Source: Nitrospirota bacterium | GTDB lineage: Bacteria > Nitrospirota > UBA9217 | DNA length: 64,000 nt | Assembly: GCA_035516175.1 (NCBI GenBank) | Contig: DATJAO010000008.1 | Span: 1,604 to 65,603, forward strand | Reading direction: 5' to 3' | Translations under genes and position numbers: made by a program | In this document: one piece after another, positions 1 to 7,307 of the stretch | Position numbering within the stretch: the stretch's first letter is position 1 | Layout: each line of letters opens with the position of its first letter | Notes under the pieces: model-generated | Databases searched by the model: none | Seen by the model: the letters and a program-made list of their open reading frames with translations, nothing else | Told to the model about the DNA's origin: nothing

Positions 1-295
1 TCATATGTAGTGACGTACAATTATCCTAACGCAGAAGACGCAGGAAATAGCAGCGTTCTTGGGGGGCTCGATTATATGGTGCTGGCTGTTCCCTGCGTCT
101 TCCACGGTTGTTGTCCGTCGGGACTCCGCCGTGTCTTCTAAGCGTTACTTAAACCTCATGGGATAATACGTATAACGCTTGCATCCTATCGAATATGTAA
201 AATGAAAGCATAAAGCTTGAGCTAGGTTCCGCTTAAGTCGGATAAGTGACCTCTTTTATTCCCCTTCTCTCACCAACCGAATTGTCCGTCAGTAT

Positions 296-472
296 TTAAC
301 CGTATGCTGAGAAATCCCTATCTTTGTGCCACTCCTTCCCCTGGATTTGATAGCGCCTTAGCCACTTATAAAACCATTGCTTCGATCGGTTGAGGCTGAC
401 ATAGATTGTCTTCGGCGACTCGCCTTGCAAAATGTACCGGCGAATTGCTGCTTTCCTGATTTCTTCTTCCAT
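296..472 (-). CDS. 58-aa helix-turn-helix protein resembling the N-terminal HTH part of an IS transposase (possible IS remnant)
   Basis: Hand translation of the minus strand gives MEEEIRKAAIRRYILQGESPKTIYVSLNRSKQWFYKWLRRYQIQGKEWHKDRDFSAYG-stop. The ATG is at 472-470, with AAGGAG 6 nt upstream. The ORF is below the ORF-track length cutoff. The pattern S..W.YKW..RY resembles IS481/IS630-type N-termini, but no catalytic domain follows. Confidence 0.4.
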   Translation of the reverse strand: MEEEIRKAAIRRYILQGESPKTIYVSLNRSKQWFYKWLRRYQIQGKEWHKDRDFSAYG

Positions 473-1355
473 ATTTGGCTCCTTGGATATTGGCCCGTAG
501 TGTCAAACTTATAACACTGAGATCACGAAAAACAGCTTAAATGCGGGGAGTTGCTGCGTCTCTGCCGTTCCTACGATTTCATCAAAAAGCCACATCTGCC
601 TAGTAATATAAGCTAATTCAATCATATTTTTGTTGCAATAGTGTGAAAGCTTCGTTAATTCTCTGTTAAATTTATCGAAGAGAACCCACACGAGGTTCGA
701 CGAGCTCTAGATTGTCGGGCTTTCTGTTACATTCCCATGTCAGCCAAGGACCATGAATTCTTGTATAAAAAAAGCCCGAATCCAGATAAGAACATTTTCT
801 TATCGGTGTTCATGGTCATTTGCCACTGCCTCGTCATAATTACCTGAACGCCATCGATTTTGTGTTCTACAAGAAAGTCCACGACCTTGTTAACAAGAGA
901 GCATATCCTCCCAAGCGAGCAGATCGGTATCCTGTAATAATCCTGTAACAAATAATATGTAATATGAGGTCGCCTAAGACGAGACGCGGTGAAGTTCATG
1001 AGTGAGAATCGAAAAGTGCATCTCGAAGATAACGTGTCGTAACCCAAATATCTAAGGACACGGCGGGGAGTTGGCTATGGTATAAATAGTAAAATGATAA
1101 TTGAGGCTTTTTTTGCTTCATTGCTTTAGTACGTCTTCTGGAAATTCTTCTCAGATTAGTGCAGAAATGCCTACCAAGGTGTTCTGTAAAATCCCGGTGG
1201 TTGTCGCTCAGAGTGATTTAATCGAAGCGTGCTATTCAATAGGAATCTGATAAAATCATAATTGCAGGGTCCACTGACACTGCAAACTGGGATGTTAAGA
1301 GCTTTTCCCCCGCTAATAAATTATTGGACGGGAAACGATTGAGTGGAGATAAAAC

Positions 1356-2177
1356 ATGATGAACGTAAAGGATAGAATCGGACGTATTCTTCCAAAAAAG
1401 CTAAAAGCAATTGTCCGACCGTATTATCAAATAACATACAGAACATTTGCATGGCTAGCCCGCGATAGGCCTTCGACGCTAGCTATCGGTTCTCTATGCG
1501 GATTTGAAGTCGCTTATCGAAAGAACACCGCAGATGAAGAAGTTATTGGGCACAGTTTTGACAATGATATTTTCTTCTCAGGAGTCCCAGAGTATCAACC
1601 TGAGGGGGGCCACGTGATCATAGATATCGGGGCTCACATCGGCACATTCTCCCTTCTATCGTCGGCTAAAATAGGATCTGGCAAGGTTTATGCTGTTGAA
1701 GCCAGTGAAGATACATTCAATCTCTTACGAATTAACGTCGCTCTAAATCAATGTACCAATATTTCAGTTCATCATTTAGCCATGGCAGACAAAGAAGGTA
1801 ACTGCATGCTTTACCATGATATCGGCAACTGGGGGCATTCTACTGTTTCAAAACATTTCAGGTCTAGTGAAACTGTAGAGTCTTGCACGTTGCCCACATT
1901 CTTAGAAAGGAATCTGATTAACGAATGCCATTTTATGAAACTGAATTGCGAAGGAGCGGAATTCCCTATTTTGCTGAGCACGCCAAAAAATATACTCCAG
2001 AGATTCGTTACCATATTAGTCCTTTATCACTGTGATTTATGGAAAAAAAATACAGAAGCTGATCTGATTTCTCACCTGGAATCCAGTGGTTTTAAATGCT
2101 CAATCCGGAATCGAACAGAAGTGCGTGGCTGGATCATTGCTACACGGACTGGACAAATTAGCAATGGCAAGAAATAA
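1356..2177 (+). CDS. FkbM-family SAM-dependent methyltransferase
   Basis: 273-aa ORF with GGAG 7 nt upstream of the ATG. Motifs seen: VIIDIGAHIGTFSL, KVYAVEASEDTFNLLRINV, ISVHHLAMADKEG. It is the only convincing plus-strand gene and converges on the EPS operon end. Confidence 0.8.
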   Translation: MMNVKDRIGRILPKKLKAIVRPYYQITYRTFAWLARDRPSTLAIGSLCGFEVAYRKNTADEEVIGHSFDNDIFFSGVPEYQPEGGHVIIDIGAHIGTFSLLSSAKIGSGKVYAVEASEDTFNLLRINVALNQCTNISVHHLAMADKEGNCMLYHDIGNWGHSTVSKHFRSSETVESCTLPTFLERNLINECHFMKLNCEGAEFPILLSTPKNILQRFVTILVLYHCDLWKKNTEADLISHLESSGFKCSIRNRTEVRGWIIATRTGQISNGKK

Positions 2178-2603
2178 GCCCCAATTGCCAAACCGCCGCA
2201 GTGGACGTGCCTCAGCTTCCGATCGTGCTTGATTCTGACTTCCAGGTGCGGCTGAGCGGCGAAGTTGATTCAATAGAAAGAAGAAACGCTAATAGAAAAA
2301 CGGACGATCTGGCTCTTATTACGGTGCTGATTGCTATGTCGATAAATAATGGGACTTAGGTGATTCGGGATGCCTTTATTCGCCTGCAACCTTGACAAGA
2401 TCGATCCATCGCCGGAAGCCTTGCCCTCGAGCTTCATTCCCGCCTGGTTCAGCTTGCCCCGGAAATAGTTCATGAGGCAGGTTCTACTCGGAATCAGTTG
2501 AGGCAATTCACAATGACGCCTTGGTGAATGACGACGAGCCTCCATCGTTCTGTTGCTCGTACTCTGCAGCCTTCATCAGATGGTTCTTCACTGTCCGCTG
2601 AGA

Positions 2604-2652
2604 TGAAAAAGCCCGAAACGAGATGCGAGCACATCTTTTCGCTTCGGGCTTG
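2604..2652 (-). terminator. Intrinsic terminator closing the minus-strand EPS operon
   Basis: Minus-strand RNA reads AAGCCCGAA-(24 nt, itself partly paired AGATG/CATCT)-TTCGGGCTT followed by TTTTC. It lies 45 nt downstream of the mini-ORF stop at 2697. Confidence 0.55.
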
Positions 2653-2696
2653 CTGGTGCCTCGGCAACGTACATGCAGATCAGTAAAGGACACCGA

Positions 2697-2834
2697 TCAT
2701 TTGTTCTTCAATATTTCTTCGAACTGCTCCACTCGCTCGACAGTCCCGCGGGCAAACTTGATTTTGATGGATCCCGTGAACTTCCTGTCCATGAGTATCT
2801 TGATGAAATCGATGATTTTCGTCAATTTGTCCAT
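2697..2834 (-). CDS. 45-aa DUF2292/YezD-like small protein (sub-threshold ORF, last gene of the array)
   Basis: Hand translation gives MDKLTKIIDFIKILMDRKFTGSIKIKFARGTVERVEQFEEILKNK-stop. GGAGAGG ends 7 nt before the ATG (2834-2832), and the ATG is 25 nt after the upstream gene's TAG. A terminator follows. About 47 percent ungapped identity over 40 aa to the N-terminus of the ORF at 61446-62549. Confidence 0.65.
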   Translation of the reverse strand: MDKLTKIIDFIKILMDRKFTGSIKIKFARGTVERVEQFEEILKNK

Positions 2835-2859
2835 CGCTCTGCCTCTCCAGTCATTGCCT

Positions 2860-3795
2860 CTAACAGCGGTTTAGAACCAACCCAAGTATCTTCTCCTTCG
2901 GAAAATACTGAAGCGCCTTCTTGACGTCGTCCATTGAGGTCTTGCCCGCTTGAACAACAACAAGGATCTTGTCGACAAGGGTCGCCATCGTGAGCGCGTC
3001 GGCGCCGGTCAGAATGGGTGGTACGTCGAAAATGATGTACCGATCGGGATAGCGCCCCTTCATGCCAGGTACTAGTTCCCGCATTCGGGGAGATCCGAGG
3101 ATCTCGGCGCTTTCATGAAGCAGGCGGCCGCCGGAAATAAGTGTTATTTTCTCTATGCCGGGCCAGGTTATTAGTTGAGAAACGGGCGTGTTGCCAATAA
3201 GGTAATCAATAAGCCCCTTGTCTCCCGGACACCCCAGGTACTTATGGATGCTTTGCTTTCTCAGATCACTGTCGACAAGCATGACCGTACGCTGGAAATC
3301 CCGCGCGATGGAGACGGCGAGATTTATTGCGGTGAGCGTTTTCCCCTCGCCCGGGAGTGCGCTCGTGACCATGAGCGTGTTGGTAAAAGGCTCCCTGGTC
3401 CGCTGCAGGACCTGCGTCCGCAATATCTCGAAGGATTGCTCCGCCGTCGGGTTGTCAAGACACGGGAGACACCGGTTCTTAGCCAGAAGCAACGGGTCCA
3501 GTATAACCATCCGGGACTTGTTATAAACCGGTGATACCCATCCGGCCAGGTTTTTGTCCTGATCGCTGGCATCGTTCCAAACGGAAGTTGGCGGTTCTTT
3601 TATTTTCTTGTTTCCGCCATTTCGCCTGATAAGATCCATCGTTTCCTTGATCTTTTTCGTCATCGATCCTCTCTTAGCCAGGTTTTTGTCCTGATCGGTG
3701 GCATCGTTCCAAACGGAAGGCGGCGGTTCTTTTCGTTCCTTGTTTCTGCCGTTTCGTCCGATAAGTTTCATCGTTTCCTTGATTCTCTGTATCAT
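2860..3795 (-). CDS. P-loop ATPase of the exopolysaccharide tyrosine-autokinase / EpsG (MinD-ParA-like) type
   Basis: Walker A SALPGEGKTLT, Walker A-prime MLVDSDLRK, and a C-terminal GLVLN motif. It lies next to the chain-length determinant. The start is ambiguous: ATGs at 3795 and 3663 (a duplicated 5' end), and the ORF maximum is 3816. Confidence 0.85.
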   Translation of the reverse strand: MIQRIKETMKLIGRNGRNKERKEPPPSVWNDATDQDKNLAKRGSMTKKIKETMDLIRRNGGNKKIKEPPTSVWNDASDQDKNLAGWVSPVYNKSRMVILDPLLLAKNRCLPCLDNPTAEQSFEILRTQVLQRTREPFTNTLMVTSALPGEGKTLTAINLAVSIARDFQRTVMLVDSDLRKQSIHKYLGCPGDKGLIDYLIGNTPVSQLITWPGIEKITLISGGRLLHESAEILGSPRMRELVPGMKGRYPDRYIIFDVPPILTGADALTMATLVDKILVVVQAGKTSMDDVKKALQYFPKEKILGLVLNRC

Positions 3796-3805
3796 CGATT
3801 CTCTC
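3545..3805. repeat. Tandem in-frame duplication, period 132 bp (2 x 44 codons), of the 5' end of the kinase-like gene including start codon and RBS
   Basis: Copy 3545-3673 aligns to copy 3677-3805 with about 19 mismatches in 129 nt (hand alignment). The protein repeats are MIQRIKETMKLIGRNGRNKERKEPPPSVWNDATDQDKNLA and MTKKIKETMDLIRRNGGNKKIKEPPTSVWNDASDQDKNLA. Each copy carries GAGAGRATCG-ATG. Confidence 0.9.
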
Positions 3806-3826
3806 CGTATAACCATCGTGAATTCT

Positions 3827-5398
3827 TTAAATAGGCATGTGCCTCAAGACACGCATAAAGAAGACATCCAAATCCATGAAAAAGAAATGGATTACTACAG
3901 TAATGACTATTATCAAGAGGAACGAAGAGACAACGGCTATTTTGAGCCGCTTCTTTTTACGCAGTTGGTCCTCGAAAGTTAAGATCTCCGGGATCTCCGT
4001 CAGGACAGGAAAAGGAAAGTTCTTTACCAAATCCTCCGCCTTCCGGGCAGAACGGTCGGATGCCTCCTGGAACGACGCAGTCCCCACTCCAGATCCGATG
4101 CCCAGAATGAGTCCGATAAGAAGAATGGCCTGACGGTTCGGCCGTACCGGTTTTTCCGGAAGTCTTGCCGGATCGATCAGCGTGAACCGTTCGCCCATCT
4201 GCTCCTTTTCCAAGCCATGGGCAACCTTGGATTCCATGTATTTTCTCATGAGATCGTCATATTTGGCTTGGGTATTGTTCCGCTCGACAGTCAACTTCTT
4301 GTACCCTTCCTCGACTTTGGGGGCCGCTTCCAGCCTGTGCCGGAAATCATTTTGTTTCCGATCGAGTTCTTCGAGCTGTTGCTTAATGGACTTGATCTCT
4401 GCCTGGACGCTGGCCAGTTGCGCAGCCAGCGCCACGTAGCCGGGATTGTCCGGTTTATCCTGCGCAGCAGTTTCGGTTGTTCTTGCCTGGAGCTTTTTTT
4501 CAAGATTGGCGATCTCCAGCTTGGTTTTGATCACATCGGGGTATTCCTCCGAATATCGCGCTTTCAGGCCGTTGAGAACGACGCGAAGTTCCTTGAGCCG
4601 TTCTTTGTCCTGATTGGTTGTGTCTGGCGCCATGGTCGCCAGCTCAGTCTGGTAATAGCTCTCTTTTTCCCGGAGAGACCTGAGCTGCTCGTTTAATTGG
4701 TCCCGGTTTCGTTCATTCCAGTCAAGGGATTGGAGGTTAAATTGGAGCAGTTCGGGCAGTGCCCGGCTATGCTGTTCTTTGTAGACCGCGATCTTTCTTT
4801 CCAGGTCGGCAAGCGTGGCTTGAACGGAATTCATTTCCTCCTCCAAGAACTTCGTCGTGCCTTCCGTCTGCTGGTCGACCACCTTCATATTCTCCTCGAG
4901 ATAGAGAGATGCGAGTTCGTTCGCGACTTGCTGAACCACTTGCGGATTATTGCCCTCGTAGGATACGGTAAAGGCAATGGCAGCTGTTGTTTTCTGTCCT
5001 GTCCTCCGATCGATGACGTCGGCCATCACGATATCGAACTTGATGTCCTTTTTCCGCATGTCGTCGATGATCTCTTCCGATGACAACCTGTTGCTTTTGT
5101 CAGCATACAGGTTGAAGCGGTGGATAATGTCGAGCAGTCGCGAAGAGCTCATGATCCGCTGGTTGATCTGCTGCAACCGCTGTTCAGCGTAGCTCGTCAC
5201 GGCCGCCATCACGTACTCGCGGGAGATCTCCTGTTCCTCGATGAGAATTGTGGACGTAGAACGATAAACAGGCTTCCAGAAATGAAGGACCAGCGCGGCA
5301 AGCAGAAGGATGACAAATGTGGGAACGCTGAGCGCCCAGCGTCGTCGTTTAACGATACTGACGATATCCCTGATACCTGTTATTTTGGACTCCTCCAT
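3827..5398 (-). CDS. Polysaccharide chain-length determinant (Wzz/GumC/EpsF-like PCP)
   Basis: N-terminal TM segment after IVSIVKRRRWAL, a long coiled-coil periplasmic region, a proline motif DPARLPEKPVRPNR, then a second TM segment LLIGLILGIGSG. Confidence 0.85.
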   Translation of the reverse strand: MEESKITGIRDIVSIVKRRRWALSVPTFVILLLAALVLHFWKPVYRSTSTILIEEQEISREYVMAAVTSYAEQRLQQINQRIMSSSRLLDIIHRFNLYADKSNRLSSEEIIDDMRKKDIKFDIVMADVIDRRTGQKTTAAIAFTVSYEGNNPQVVQQVANELASLYLEENMKVVDQQTEGTTKFLEEEMNSVQATLADLERKIAVYKEQHSRALPELLQFNLQSLDWNERNRDQLNEQLRSLREKESYYQTELATMAPDTTNQDKERLKELRVVLNGLKARYSEEYPDVIKTKLEIANLEKKLQARTTETAAQDKPDNPGYVALAAQLASVQAEIKSIKQQLEELDRKQNDFRHRLEAAPKVEEGYKKLTVERNNTQAKYDDLMRKYMESKVAHGLEKEQMGERFTLIDPARLPEKPVRPNRQAILLIGLILGIGSGVGTASFQEASDRSARKAEDLVKNFPFPVLTEIPEILTFEDQLRKKKRLKIAVVSSFLLIIVITVVIHFFFMDLDVFFMRVLRHMPI

Positions 5399-5409
5399 AA
5401 AGGCTCCTT

Positions 5410-6681
5410 CTATTTATACTGACTTGAGCTGCAATAGGGGAAACGAACGGTCAAAAGGATGAAGAACAAATCTCTATACGCCGTGCCCGATGCAATGTAG
5501 TCGATCCTCGTGTGCTCGTATGATGCTTCTAGTGCTAGGTCCCTTTCGCCGCTCATGCGGGCAAGGTCGTAGCGGATGACCGGCGATATGGTGACGTTGG
5601 TCTGTGTGAGGACATGAGCGGTAGTATATGTGGTGTACCCGGCCACCAGGACGGCCGATAGTTCACCAGTAATCTGATGCCTCGCCGTGAATGTTAAGGC
5701 TTGGCGCTGGGCCGGAGTCTGGTGTCCCGAAGCCAGGTAGGCCATAGTGAAATCCTGAATATAATGAAGCTCTGCGCCCGTGTATTCCCCCTGATAGCTC
5801 AGGGAAAGTTGACCCGTTCCAGCTGTTTCGGTATAGTCCTGTTGTTGGTTGCCGAAAGGAGCCAACTGGTTCACAAATATCTCAGTGTCTGTGCGGCGCA
5901 TGCCGCCATCCACGAGGATGGTCCAAGCCTTGCTGATATCGTATGAGAAACCGATGGTCCCCATGACATTGATGGTTTTCGAATCAGGAAAGAGATACTG
6001 GCTATATCCAGTGTTGATCCTGCCATTCACCCGAGGAAGGTCCTTGCTTAGATCGATGACAAGTCCCGCCTTCGCATCATGTGAGGTGTCACGATATTGC
6101 GGGATTTCATAGGAACTCCAGCCGAATTGGTACATGGCCGAAAGCGATGTCGTTTCTGTCATATGGTAGTCCATGGACGCCGAGGCTAAGATACTCTCCA
6201 CAGGCGTCGCTATAAGGGGCAGTGTTGTCGATGAGGAAGTATTTCCTCCACCGGTGTTCGAGTCATGGGTTGGAGGTAGTGAAGAAGAGCTAGTCGCTGA
6301 CCCAAGGCTTGGATTGGAGTCCTTTGCGTAGCCGGCTTCTGCTGAGACATTGAGCAGTGGTGTTGCGGAATATCGTATACTGCCGTTATAATGCTGATTG
6401 GTTGCATCAAGTTCCTCATTTCTGGAGTAAAGGAGCCTTTGCACCTGAAGTGACAGCAGGGAATCAAGCCGTACTGTCTTGTCGGTCATCGCAAATCCAA
6501 GCGATGGGATGGTGATATAATCCTTCCTGATATTGTCCGCGTCGGTGGCCAGCAGGATGTTGTTGTTATATTGCTCACTTATTGCCAGGGACGGAACATA
6601 ACAGATCTCATCACCCCGGACAATTGCCGGGCAGGCCAGCATGAGCATGATGAGCGTGACGAATCGCCTCACGCTCATCAT
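5410..6681 (-). CDS. Outer-membrane beta-barrel protein of the type associated with PEP-CTERM/EPS loci (EpsL-like)
   Basis: Signal peptide MMSVRRFVTLIMLMLACPAIVRG. Alternating hydrophobic beta-strand pattern rich in Y/T/S/G. Positioned between the exporter and the PCP gene, with a 4-nt overlap to the upstream gene. Confidence 0.55.
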   Translation of the reverse strand: MMSVRRFVTLIMLMLACPAIVRGDEICYVPSLAISEQYNNNILLATDADNIRKDYITIPSLGFAMTDKTVRLDSLLSLQVQRLLYSRNEELDATNQHYNGSIRYSATPLLNVSAEAGYAKDSNPSLGSATSSSSLPPTHDSNTGGGNTSSSTTLPLIATPVESILASASMDYHMTETTSLSAMYQFGWSSYEIPQYRDTSHDAKAGLVIDLSKDLPRVNGRINTGYSQYLFPDSKTINVMGTIGFSYDISKAWTILVDGGMRRTDTEIFVNQLAPFGNQQQDYTETAGTGQLSLSYQGEYTGAELHYIQDFTMAYLASGHQTPAQRQALTFTARHQITGELSAVLVAGYTTYTTAHVLTQTNVTISPVIRYDLARMSGERDLALEASYEHTRIDYIASGTAYRDLFFILLTVRFPYCSSSQYK

Positions 6682-7274
6682 GGTACTACGACAACATCGC
6701 CTCTTCTGAGATGGATGTTCTGCTCCAGGTGCTTTCCGTTCACGACCTCATCGTAATCGAAGGGGAATATGGTGGTCTCGTTTTTGCCATGACGTAATAT
6801 CCTGATCTTAGTCCCTTTCGCGAAAGCGTTGAGCCCCCCGGCCGTGGCTAGGGCTTGCAGGACATCCACGTCGACAACCATGAAAAACCTACCGGGATTG
6901 TTCACCTTGCCGATGACATAGATAACCAGGCTGTTGATCTGCTTTACATCGATATAAAGAACGACCGTCGGGACGAAGCGCTTTAGTTTGCCCTCCATCT
7001 CCGATTTCAACTCGAAAACGGTCTTGCCCGAAGCGGGGATATCCCCGATAAGAGGAAACGAGATGAACCCGTCAGGCCTGACCACGCAGGAACGTGTCAA
7101 TGCATCGTCCTTCCATACGGATATGTCCAGGACGTCACCTGGACCGATCTGATAGCCCTGTTCCACACTCGTAGCAGTCGGTGACGGGGCCGATTCGCTT
7201 GATCCCTCGGTCAGGGCCGGGATCGAGACACCCAGCAGACCGACCATCAACAGAGCCAGTATTGTGCGCGCCAT
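6678..7274 (-). CDS. Periplasmic polysaccharide export protein (Wza/OPX-like, short EpsE type)
   Basis: Signal peptide, Poly_export motif YQIGPGDVLDISVWKD, and an SLBB-like C-terminal part. Confidence 0.85.
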   Translation of the reverse strand: MARTILALLMVGLLGVSIPALTEGSSESAPSPTATSVEQGYQIGPGDVLDISVWKDDALTRSCVVRPDGFISFPLIGDIPASGKTVFELKSEMEGKLKRFVPTVVLYIDVKQINSLVIYVIGKVNNPGRFFMVVDVDVLQALATAGGLNAFAKGTKIRILRHGKNETTIFPFDYDEVVNGKHLEQNIHLRRGDVVVVP

Positions 7275-7307
7275 GTTTCCTGTGTTCCTCCTTGTTTTTA
7301 TTTTGGA

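Noticed and set aside
680-700. GGTTCGA string resembling a tRNA T-loop
   Set aside because: The flanking bases cannot form a T-stem or the rest of a cloverleaf. I found no tRNA-like structure anywhere in the window.
2508-2693. 61-aa minus-strand ORF containing QRTVKNHL, reminiscent of a LuxR/GerE HTH
   Set aside because: Only about 8 residues resemble the motif, and no complete HTH or receiver domain is present. The ORF runs straight through the terminator hairpin at 2604-2652 and starts inside the tail of the mini-ORF. It is most likely non-coding or at best a relic.
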